This document shows, piece after piece, positions 12,713-23,989 of a stretch of 64,000 bases of DNA. The first letter of the stretch is position 1. Every line of letters starts with the position of its first letter. The stretch is from positions 940,801-1,004,800 of the forward strand of contig MU004184.1 in the NCBI GenBank assembly GCA_010093605.1, read 5' to 3'. The position numbers were made by a program, and so were the translations under genes. Source of the DNA: Lophium mytilinum. Its lineage: Eukaryota. Below the pieces are notes generated by a model. That model was not told where the DNA came from. It saw only the letters and a list, made by a program, of their open reading frames with translations, and searched no databases.

Positions 12713-14162
12713 GATGAGAGGTTGAGGCGGAGGATGAGGTTGAGAGGTGCGGTGGAGAGAGTGAAGCGAGTGAGGTAGAAGACTTGGCGTAAAGAGAGTG
12801 AGAGGTGTGAGGCGAGACGTAGCGGGGCAGGTGTAGACACCCGAAACACCAGTACGCCCTCTACAAGTCCTGTAAAAGCGAAACGGTAACCGAGAGAGTA
12901 CAGAGGTGATAGATCAGATGAAAGCAGTACTCACCGACGCGGTGGGTTGCCGCCAGGACAAACCTACGGGGGAGAGATAGAGAAGACTAGGCAACCATGC
13001 AGGTCGCCGGGGCAAGACGCGCATGATATGCAATGTGGATCTTTCCATCTTGAAGATTGCTCTAGGAATCGGGTGAAGATACTCTCTGGGGAACATTAGC
13101 CGCCCAGTACCTGTAGATAGAAGCGCGTCCCTGATACCTTACATTCTATTGTGATCTGAGATGCTATAATATGGGAAACAGTCCCTCACAAGGAAAGATG
13201 GCCCAGCGAGAGCTGTCCTTCATGATGATCTATCCCACTCGCCGGTAAGGCTGCTGGAAAGAGGTGTACGTGAAGAGATTATATGAGATTTATATTAATG
13301 GTCAAGGGAAGCTGGCACGTTGCTGCAATGTATATTCATGCAGAGAATTTGAAAATGAAAGACGTGAAGACACAGGAGCAGCGGCATTATGGCGGATGAT
13401 GGTGTTGCAGACGTTGGAAGAAGTTGGCGCGCCTCGGGAAGTGGCTGGGGTTACACAAACGTCTGATTGGCTGCAGGGAAGCCTGCAGGAACACCCGGTT
13501 TTGTGCAGAATGTCTATGGCATTGGCATGTCTGGTAGACTCGTATATCGACTTGGTGGGCATTTCTCCTTTGGCATCTCCGTATGATTAGAAGAGGAATG
13601 AAGTGGAGTGGAGTATTATCCGAGAGTCGAAGTAGAATGGATAGAATACCCGACAAGAACCGGGAGCTTGTAAACGGACAGCGCTTGGCATGTATAAAGT
13701 TCTGAGCTTCAATCACGCAACACCGGGAATGTGCCCTCGAAGGCCCATTGGCGTGGCCCTTAGCCTTTACATAAGACAAACATCATCATGCAAAATGTCT
13801 CATCTGCGATGTTGGGATGTTGATACTTGGTGGTTGCCAAGAGTGGTCAGTTTACAGCTACCCTAGCCCTAGACCGATAGCGGCGAAACCGTGGAAAAAA
13901 TTGGACCTCCACCTGGATCAAATATCCCGTCGCCCCCCACTACTCGATTTTTAACACCATGCTCTACTTCCATGAAAAATTGGGCCTCAAGCCCCAGAAC
14001 ACGCGACTTCGCCCTCTATTCTCCGACTCACCCTACAACTCGTCGTGGACATGCGCTCCTAGACGGCTGCTCCGGTTCCCCCATACCGCAACCTCCCTTG
14101 ATCCGCCATCCGCTCGGGACGTCCATGTGAGTGCATTGGTGCTGCTCTTATCTTTCTCCTAC

Positions 14163-14248
14163 CTCTATGATGATGAACTTGTGTATTTTAAAGATGTTAG
14201 ACTGAGCTATCCTTCGGGAAATGGCATACGAAGCACTTTTCTGAAATC
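14163..14248 (+). ncRNA. Intronic box C/D snoRNA, snR58-like candidate
   Basis: C box ATGATGA 14167-14173; AGATGTTAGACT 14192-14203, complementary to the 25S rRNA segment AGTCTAACATCT (recalled, not checked); CTGA 14202-14205; internal cc-TTCG-gg hairpin; D box CTGA 14241-14244. Lies inside an intron GTGAGT(14127)..GCTAAT(14293)..TAG(14312). Confidence 0.72.
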
Positions 14249-14473
14249 GACCTTGGGCTCCTCTTATACCTTTTCAACTAGAGAATCACAGCGCTAATAG
14301 ATGTGTACTTAGATCGTCAAGAGACTCAATCCCCATATTTCACCTTCTGCCGCAGCCGCTAGAACCCGTAGAGCCGCGCATTCTCACCGGGCGTTTCGAT
14401 AATTGCCTGAGTTATCCGACTTTGGTCCCTTACCTATAAATCTCCACTACAACAACTTTGATCTACGATCATC

Positions 14474-16442
14474 ATGTGTGGCATAATTGGGGTTATCTTG
14501 GGGAATACTACCTCGACGTCCGCTGCCGTCGAGATTCATGATGTGGGGTCCATTGGCATGAGAAGCTGCCGAGATGATGCTAATTTGGTTGGTTCATAGG
14601 CCCTATATCTTCTTCAGCACAGAGGCCAAGATGCCTGCGGTATAGCTACGTGCGCCACAGGTGGTCGGTTCTTCCAGTGCAAGGGAAATGGTACGTCGGA
14701 CTTGTGACCGAGGTTCTGTTTACGACCTAACAAATTGTAGGAATGGCCTCCAAGGTTTTCCACGATGGGTCCCGCGTGGCAGATCTGCCCGGCTTCATGG
14801 GCCTTGGTCATCTGCGTTACCCCACTGCCGGCTCCAGCGCGAACTCCGAAGCGCAGCCTTTCTATGTGAACAGTCCCTATGGAATCTGTCTCACCCACAA
14901 CGGGAATCTCATAAATGCACCCGAATTGCGCGAGTTCCTTGACCAGGATGCACACCGCCACATCAACACGGAAAGCGATTCTGAGTTGATGCTCAATATC
15001 TTTGCCAACGAGTTGAATGAGACCGGCAAGGCTCGTGTGAATGCCAATGACTGTTTTGCGGCACTGGAAAGGATGTACAAACGTTGCGTTGGAGGCTGGG
15101 CATGCACTGCTATGCTTGCAGGTACGCGAGACATGGGATGATATGTGACCCTAGCTGATTTGTGGAAGGTTACGGACTTATTGGGTTCCGGGATCCCTAC
15201 GGCATCCGTCCTATCGTGCTAGGCTCGAAAGCATCTGAAGGCGGGTCTGGAATGGACTATATGTTGGCCAGCGAATCTGTCGCCCTCGTTCAGTGCGGCT
15301 ACAAGGACTTCGTGGACATCAAGCCTGGTGAGGCCGTCATAATTGAGAAGGGCAGGCCACCGGTCTTCCGCCAGGTCCACCCGCAGCTGGGATATACTCC
15401 AGATATATTCGAATATGTCTACTTCGCCCGGCCGGACACCATCATTGACGGCATCGACGTGGACGAGTCGCGCCGGAATATGGGCTTCAAACTTGCGGAG
15501 ACCATCAAAACTCAGCTAGGCCCGGAGATCCTCTCTAGCATCGACGTTGTAATGCCCATTCCAGAAACGAGCATCACTTCCGCGCTCTGCGTTGCTGAAA
15601 GCCTCGGCATCGAGTACTGCCAAGGCTTCGTGAAGAACCGCTACATCTTCCGCACTTTCATCATGCCCTCGCAGAAGCTGCGGCAAAAAGGTGTCCGCGC
15701 CAAACTCAACGCAATGCGCAAGAAGTTCGAGGGTAAGAACGTCCTCCTTGTCGACGACAGTATCGTCCGCGGCACCACCTCCCGCGAAATCGTCCTCATG
15801 GCTCGCGAGGCCGGCGCAAAGAAAGTCTACTTCTCTTCCTGCGCGCCACCGATCACACACGCCCATATCTACGGCATCGACCTAGCCTCGAGCTCAGAAC
15901 TCATCGCCCACCACCGGGACTCCCGCGCTATCGCCCAGATCATCGGCGCCGACGACGTCGTGTATCAAACCCTCCCCGATCTCGAAGCTGCCTGCGCTGC
16001 CCTCTCACCCCGCGACCCGAAAACCCAGAAATTCGAGGTCGGCGTCTTCTGCGGCAAGTACGTCACACCCGTAGACGCGTCATACTTCGAGCACCTCGAG
16101 CGCATCCGCGGCGAGAGCCGCAAGCTCAAAGTCATGGAGAGCGCGCGCGAGGCGGTCGTGCAGGGCGTCGCTGGCGAGACAGAAGTCCGCATGGCTGCGA
16201 AAGGCGTGGAGGTCGATCGCTACGGAAACGTCATTCCAGCCGATGGGGGCAGTCCCGAAGACTGGCCTACGAATATTGGACAGTCGAATGGGAACGGGGC
16301 TGGCGTCGGGATCGCGAATGGAGCGGCGAGTCGGCCAGGGGATTATGAGACGAGGAATAGATTGAACAGCGATGATCAGGTCAGGGTGAAGACGAGTCAG
16401 GATATTAGTCTTCACAACTTCAATGACTTTGATGGCCATTGA
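14474..16442 (+). CDS. ADE4: Amidophosphoribosyltransferase (glutamine PRPP amidotransferase)
   Basis: N-terminal MCGIIG (Ntn Cys), [32 protein letters not shown], and PRPP motif [13 protein letters not shown]; three introns. Confidence 0.97.
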
Positions 16443-17338
16443 GGTGGGCCTGGAGAGGATATTGGATGAGAGACTGGTTTCTTGAGGATTCGAAATGGGT
16501 GGCTCTTTGAGGGTACTTGGGAGTTCTTTGGGTTGGATTGGTCTGGATTGGCCTAGCTTCTTTTCACCCCTGCGCTCGAAGTACATATCTCCTCGATCGA
16601 CAGAAAAGCGGTGGGTGGTTTCTGATTTAGAATCGCAGCTAGGAAACATAGCGACATAATAAATGCGTCTATGCCTCCGATGCCTCCGCCCTCGCGACTT
16701 CGCTATATGTCTGATATCTTGGGACGTCGACATTTACACTACTTTCTCTAGTGCGCTCACCTTACACTTATAGCATATAAACCGTTTTATATGGTTTGAA
16801 ATTGCGCATGTTGAATCTACTACGTAGTCTTATCTACACTTTGTATCTACACCTCCTTAAATCCCCTTAAATCAGGAGGCCTCCAGTACACTTTTATACT
16901 GCTCGATTTCGCCGAGCTGATTCACGACCTCGGGGACTATACATTTGGTTCACTCATTTCCCATTGTCCGGGAGTCCTGCAACATAGTATCCACTGCCCC
17001 AAAACGCTCGCCCACATCTCACAATTGCGAGAGCGCTGGAAAAATGCGTTCACGCAGCTTAATACTTCACAAAAACTGGTACTAGTTACAACTTCCACCA
17101 AAAACAACAACAACCATTGTGAACTAATTGGGCCAAAAGACACTACCAATTCCATTTAGTGACACCTATATCTAATCTCCCACAACACTGCATCCCTAAA
17201 GACGACCCAATACAGGCCACTTTGGAAACAACGTTGGCACACTGCCCTTTTCGGGCATATGTTCTCCCGAAAGCGCAACGCGCAAAGCTAGTGTTCTTAG
17301 GTGCCCGTGCCTACCCACTGTATCCACCTCTCAGTGTA

Positions 17339-17405
17339 TTTCGCACGCGACAGCAGCAAGGTAGCGTCTTTCGCACGCGACAGCAGCAAGGTAGCGTCTT
17401 TCGCA
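17339..17405. repeat. 30-bp tandem repeat, ~2.2 copies
   Basis: tttcgcacgcgacagcagcaaggtagcgtc repeated twice, plus a partial copy. Confidence 0.9.
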
Positions 17406-19789
17406 TCCGATGGGGTGGGCGGGAGAGTGAGAAAGGTTGTGTGAGGGTTTGGGAGGGGCCAGACGCGGTTTTCTTTTGGGAGAGTGAGGACGTCTGAGAT
17501 GTGTCGATATGAGCGAATGCAGCGTTCGGAGTAAGGGTGTAGGACGTGGGAATGGCTGTGAGATCTGATTCGATTAACGATTTCAGCTGAGGAAGTATGG
17601 GGGTGTAAGCAGGTGAGAGAAGATCAGGTATTTAAGACTAGGTTTTGATTTTGAGATTGAGCGGACTATCAAGGGTATTGGCTCTGCTAGAGTTTTCTTT
17701 TCCTACTTAAGTTAGTTCATTGCATTAGTATGTGCAAGCTTGAGATTATCTTGAGGGCTGCGCTCTGTCTAGCACAACTGGATAAGGACCGAAGCATTCA
17801 GAACAGGTGGAGTATAGAAACAGCCCAAGGAACCTATGATAGGAAAATGAGTTTAGGGAATGAGAGGTCAGAGGCATTGGGGAGATTGATTAAACCGTGC
17901 CACCCGAGGAACCATAGCACATAGACCTTGCAAGCTGCATCTATGCATGTGGTCTCTTGTTGTAATGTCAGGGTGAGCTTGGGCGGACGCTTGAAGTCTG
18001 AACAGCCTTCGGATGCGCATGCCACAGATATCTGGCTAGACTTCCAGGATATCCGTGCGTCTCACGCACTTACAGTTGGGCACAGATATTTGAGATATGT
18101 TGAAGCATGTGTTCTTCCTTATCGTGCTCGGGCGGACTCGGGTGCGAGGTTGAAGTGTTAGGGGCTATCGGATGCATTCTAGAACATATACCGGGCTAGA
18201 CGGATAGGGTCTCGGCGCCTACCATAAGCAGCAAACAACTGATTAGAAGCTGTGAAAGTAGAAATCTAAATTCAGCATTCAAGCCAGAATTCTAGGTTGC
18301 AATCTAGTTTGTCAGCCGCAAAATCTCGTGCCTCAAGACTCGAGGTCAGTGTTGCACGGAAGGTGTACAGACATACTCGGGGCCAGCCCCCACTCTGTTA
18401 CTAAGCATGAACAATGTAATGAAGCACTGATGGATTCTAGACTCCTTGGACCCTTTCGACAACTGTGTATGGAATATGGAAGTTGCCTCGGCTTGACGTG
18501 GTGGTTGTAGTGATAGAGAGGGGATTGAAGTTGGTTTTGAGCCCGCCGAGACGAAGACGATTACGGAGATGAGCTAGGCTGGCTAGGTCACCGCCACTGT
18601 GAGCGCGGCTCAGCGCGATCCATGCTTGCCAGCGCCGGGGTACGATTGAGTGCTGACAGGGGAGCTAAGGGTTAGCCAACACTTTGTACGCACTTCTCCT
18701 GGCACTGTGATGCTCTAAAACTCGGGTCCTGACACTTGGGAGCGCGAACCATGGCTGCTGAGGAAGACGAACGATGACGAACGATCCTTGGGCGACGACC
18801 GGTGCCCTCGATAGCGGCAGGTGGAGAGGCAAGGGAGGTAGAGGATGGCAACCCAATCGGCTCATGATGCTACTCTCGATGCCGGCCAGACCCCGCTGCG
18901 ATCCCAGTTCTGCCCACCTGCACGGAGTAGGGTATGTCTTCCATCGCTTAGGACCAGACTGTTACAAGATGATTAGCAAGACTCAGACTTCCGGGAGAAG
19001 GGAAGCGGTCCTGCAGGAATGTGATGTGGGCATGAGGAAGTGAGAACGCGGTCAAAAGTCCGCGGCCACACCTGAACGTCTCACACCATGGTGGTGACAT
19101 GGAAAGTCCTGGGCAGTCGTAAGATTCGGAGAACTACCGAGGCAGGTCGAGATTTGCATCGACCATCACGGTGATGTGCAGTAAGTGCCACACTAGGGGG
19201 CGGATAGGCCGTACGCTACCCCGGATTGTCCTTGCTCCGCTAGTTTATGCGCCATAACATCCCCCACAGTCTGCTTCTGCGGGGAAGTCTTTTGGCAATG
19301 GTGGCGGAGGGGAAAAAGCCTCGGTATCTTTCCACATTCCTGTCTTGCTCCCCTCGTGGTGATGGAAACAAAGCAACGCCCCGGCGCATCCAGTTATATG
19401 CACCTATCAGAGGGGCAAAAGATAGATCGCGTACTCCGAAGAGCACGGGAGGCGTTCCTGGAGTGCAGTGTGGCCGCTGCGGTGGCTCCTTGGCCCGCCT
19501 GGATGGGACATGTTGGATCTGTTGCCCGTGCTAGTAGCCAGTAGAACGGAGATGATGGGCGGAGAGGTATGGATTCGGTCTTAGCAGGAAACACCCAGCA
19601 CCTGCCGCTGGGTCTTTGGAATAGTCGCGTGGCCCGGCCTTCGTAAGGTCGATCGCAGGACCAGGGCACGCCTATATGTAACACAGCCCGTCACCGTGCG
19701 TTATCTGTTGTCTTCAAGCTCTCCGATTCCACTGCTTCATTCACTTCTGTCAACTTCCCGTCTCGCCTTCGAAGAGCCATTGACCCACC

Positions 19790-21969
19790 ATGGCGCCTCA
19801 CGACACTGCCACGCACAGCTCAGACGCTTCTCTCGATGCTCCCCTCGACGTTGAGAAGCGTGGCACCAATACCCTCGAAGTAGTTGACACCAATCTCAAC
19901 CCAGTCCCCACGCATGACCGCGTCCCCGGACACCAGAACTACTACGAGAAGAATGGCCTGCGTACTTACGGTATGTATATACTTGTAGTCCTGACCTAGT
20001 TCCCTGCATTGGAAACTGACTTGCGACATAGGCGACGGACTGGATCATGACCATGAGGGTCCAATGACAACAAAACGCCTCATGGCGCTGGTAGCCATGG
20101 TTTGTGTATTTTCACATCTCCAATTGACCATATGCTGATCAGTCATGCAGGCGTTCCTCTGGACTGCTTCCCAGATTCCCGTGTATCTGTTCGGAGGCGT
20201 CCCACCCTACATCTACCGAGGTTTGTGACGATCGCTACATTCGAGTCAGGCATCATCTTTTCTAACCCGTGCCTACAGACATCGGAGGCGCAGACCGCTG
20301 GATCTGGTTTGTCCTCGCCAATCTTCTCTCACTTGCCGCTGTGTGCCCGTTCGTTGGGTCACTCTCTGACCTTCTCGGTCGCCGATATGTTGCCTTACTT
20401 GGTGCCTGCTTTATTATGTTGGGAATGATCATAACTTCCACTGCACACTCCATGAACATCTTCATCTGTAAGCTCTGAATACTACTCCTATATACCTTTT
20501 TGGTACTTACAACATCCAGGTGGCATGACATTTGCGGGAATTGGGGCTGGAATTAACGAGCTGACCGCGCTTGCTGCTACTTCGGAACTCGCCCCGACAG
20601 CGAAACGTGGGAAATATGTTGGTAAGTGCCTGCGTGGTTTATCTTCTCTCTGGCTCTGCTGACTTTTGAAAGCAATCCTCGTCTTCACCATCATCCCGTT
20701 CTGTCCATCCGTACTCTGGGCCCAACTCATTTCTCACTACTCCACTTGGCGCTACCTTGGGCTTCTCGCGGGTCTCTGGGCCTTCGTTGGTTTTGTGCTT
20801 ACCGCCATCTTCTACTTCCCACCACCTCGAGTGAATAGCCAGGGACTTTCACGCCGCGAGATTCTAGGTCAAATCGATTACGTTGGAGGGTTCCTGAGCA
20901 TTAGCGGAATGCTGTTGTTCATGATGGGCATGCAATGGGGAGGCTATCAGTATAAGTGGCACACAGCTCACGTGCTCGCTCCCCTCATCCTTGGTTTCCT
21001 CCTTATCGTCGCTTTCCTTGTCTGGGAGATGTTCTTTGCGAAGTTCCCCATGTTTCCCCGTCGACTGAATCAAGCCCCGAGAATCTTGATCATGACTCTG
21101 ATCATCACTTTCATCTCTGGCGGTACGTATCTTCGCTTCTGAAGCCTCCGATATTCTGCTAACACAAAGCAGCCAACTTCTTCAGCATTCTCATGTTCTG
21201 GCCGACACAAGCCTTCAATGTCTACGGACATGATCCCGTTGGCGTCGGAATCCGCGGTCTCCCAGTCGGCTTCGGCATCCTCACAGGCGCTTTCGTCGTC
21301 CTCTGGCTCCTCTCGACCTTCCGCGGCCACAACAAGGCCCTCATGATCGTCTCAAGCATCATGATGACCGCCGGGTGCGGCGCCATCGCCGTAGGCACCG
21401 CCGACAACCTCTACCGCCTCTGGGGCATCCTCATCGTAGCCTCCTTAGGAATCGGCGGGATCGTCGTCCCCGCATCCATCATGACAACCATCATCTGCCC
21501 CGACGACCTGATCGCCACCGTCGCAGCCTTGACCCTCTCTATCCGCGTCATCGGCGGCTCGTAAGCACTCCTCTTCCTTCCCCAAAGCCTTCGCATAGAC
21601 GACTAACACGACCGTAGAATCGGCTACTGCGCCTACTACAACGTCTTCATCAACAAATTCGTCCCAGCCGCTACCTACTACATCGGCGGCGTCATGGTCA
21701 CCAAACTCAACATCACAGACCCGGTACTCATCGGCGATGCCATCAAGCTCACCGGCGCCAGTTTGATCGAAGACCTCCGAGCCATCCCGGGCCTGGAGAG
21801 TGACCTCGCGTACGAAGCCGTTGTGAAGGCCGGCCAGATGGCGTTCGCGGAGGCGTATAAGTGGGTGTATTACTCGAGTATTGCGTTTGGCGGCGTGAGC
21901 ATTATTGCGGCGTGCTTCTTGGGTGATATTAGCAAGTACATGGATGATCATATTGCGGTTGTTATGTGA
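19790..21969 (+). CDS. MFS transporter, fungal trichothecene-efflux pump (TRI12-like) family, multi-exon
   Basis: YYEKNGLRTYGD..DHE; WIWFVLANLL..PFVGSLSDLLGRR; ELTALAATSELAPTAKRG; WRY; IDYVGG; many TM segments; C-terminal YMDDHIAVVM. Confidence 0.88.
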
Positions 21970-22699
21970 GGGGTGGGCTTTTGCTGTATGCATGCTTGCG
22001 TTTGCTGGCTTTGGATTGGGACGTGGGGCTCTTGGGTTTGATCGAAGTGAGCGAGATGGACAGGAGGGGTGGCAGAGCTGTCCATTCATCTCGACGGATG
22101 GAAGGTTGATACCAAGGGCGGATAGCCTGCGTGTACGATGATGAGAGCGGAGAAGAGCTTTGGTTCATGAAAATACTTACGAATTACTAAATTAATGAAG
22201 TATGAGACTGAAGCTCTCCACACGTGCTTGAAATTACTTGAGCCTAGCTAGGGAATCACGTAGAGTACTAGGCCATGAGTCTAGGCACACATTTGCTGCT
22301 ACTAAGGTGCCGCTTTTTGGAAGTTGAATACCAATGTCAGGGGCGGCTTCATTGACATGAAGCCGTTCAGTCAAAAGGCAGTTCACATTGCGCTGCGCAA
22401 GGTTTGACATCGCATCTGGAGTTCGGAAAAACCGTGGGGGTACCCTGGCAGTGGCGGATTAATGTGCATAGACTTATGGCCAGTTGCTGGATGGTAGTAT
22501 GTTATGAATTTGAGGGCATGGATATACTACGTCTCTAGCTTCGACCTCGCTCTCTTAACACCACTGTCAGGAGTGCCCTGGGCAACACGACTTTGGTCGA
22601 TCAAAGGATGGTCTGATTTGCACTGGGGTGAGCTTCATGTTGAATTTCGAGGGTCTAATTTCAGGCAGTCCCCGTCTTGTATACTCGCCGTTCTATGTA

Positions 22700-23232
22700 C
22701 AAAGGGTGCGGCGCGGAGCACAATCACATTACGTAAGCACCTCACCAAAATCTAAGATGTACCTACATAGCAACCACAACGACCCAATAATTTTTCTCCT
22801 CGGGAGGAATGTAATAATTAGGCCTTGCTAGGTATTTCCAGCTTTTCAAATGCTTACTATCTCGTTGTGGGGTTGAGATATCGGCCTCGGAAGCTACTAG
22901 TTTCGGCGATTTTGATGTTCCTCGCCTCGCGTAGCTGGTGGAGTTGTGATTGTGCTCCGAGCCGCACCCTTTCACGCGGGTGACAGAAAAACGCGTACAC
23001 TAAATCACTAAAATCGCTTAGATTAGCAAAAGACACCTGAAAGTAGAGCATCTTCCAACCACCAAATCTGATTAGTATTATATGAAAACTAGATCGTTGT
23101 ATAGAGCTCCTTCTGAGGATTACTTTTATCTACTTGAGGATATTGTTCTCTCAGAAAGTGGCAGCTGTATTGCCTACCGAAAGCGACAAGTGGTTTTGGT
23201 GTACGCGTTTTTCTGTCAGCCGGGTGCCTTTG
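22700..23232. mobile_element. Tc1/mariner-type MITE (outer element), TA target duplication
   Basis: Left TIR caaagggtgcggcgcggagcacaatcaca (22700-22728) preceded by TA. Right TIR tgtgattgtgctccgagccgcacccttt (22945-22972) plus g at 23232, followed by TA, once the inner insertion is removed. Confidence 0.85.
22973..23226. mobile_element. 254-bp MITE with CAC..GTG termini and 5-bp TSD, nested in the right TIR of the outer MITE
   Basis: TIRs cacgcgggtgacagaaaaacgcgtacac and gtgtacgcgtttttctgtcagccgggtg; direct repeat ccttt at 22968-22972 and 23227-23231. Confidence 0.88.
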
Positions 23233-23989
23233 TAGCCTCGCCGTAATGACAGTGGATCACGTTGATAATACCTTGTATACTCGGCATTTATTACATCCTC
23301 GACATGGAGAGTTTTGATCACGTTAATAGGGTCTTATATACTCGCCGTTTACTGCAGCCTCACCATGAAGCTCAACACTCTATACTGTAGGCATCTTCAA
23401 CTCTCCGTATTGTGCCAAATTGAAATAGTAACGTTTCCGTTGTGGTTACAACTACTATGACACAACAATTTGTTCCCGTTCAAGCTCGGACAGTTTAGAA
23501 GAAAAAGATATGGCGGTATGTAGAAGGAAAGCGCACCTTTGGTCTTTCCTAAATAGTAGTTCCCTCTTCATCACCCCTCAAGTCTACCTCCTCACCATCT
23601 CCCACTACCAGTTCGTTAGATATCGCGCACGTTACATCGTGGCCCGCAAGATGGCATTCGTCGAAAGCAATGGAGAGAGATCGAGGAAGCGGGCTCGAGT
23701 TTCTACCCTACTTGAAGCATGACATGGCCTGTTACTTGACCAAAGCTTGCAGATTGGGAACGATTTAACTGAAACGCCATCGTCGCTAGTATAAATTCCA
23801 TCACGGCATGTCTCATCTTTCATGTACTTACCTATGCATAAGACCAGTCAATATACACATAACATGTTGAGCCCATCCAACATCAACCCCGTGCTAATTA
23901 TCCTTTCTTCAACACCTTCTCGCCCGACCACCTCACCCAACGACGGTTTATCTACATCAAGACTGCCGTCCCCGCTATCATCTACTCTA

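Larger units (their letters stand above)
22676..23370. repeat. ~60-bp degenerate tandem repeat (~2.6 copies) interrupted by the nested MITEs
   Basis: cttgtatactcgccgttctatg|ta|gcctcgccg..gatcacgtt / cttgtatactcggcattt..gatcacgtt / cttatatactcgccgtttactgcagcctc. Confidence 0.75.

Noticed and set aside
13171..13779. Possible small gene between rid and ADE4
   Set aside because: Tested splice combinations gave early stops and no recognisable protein.
19790..21969. Trichothecene cluster
   Set aside because: TRI12-family transporters are widespread, and there are no TRI biosynthetic genes nearby.
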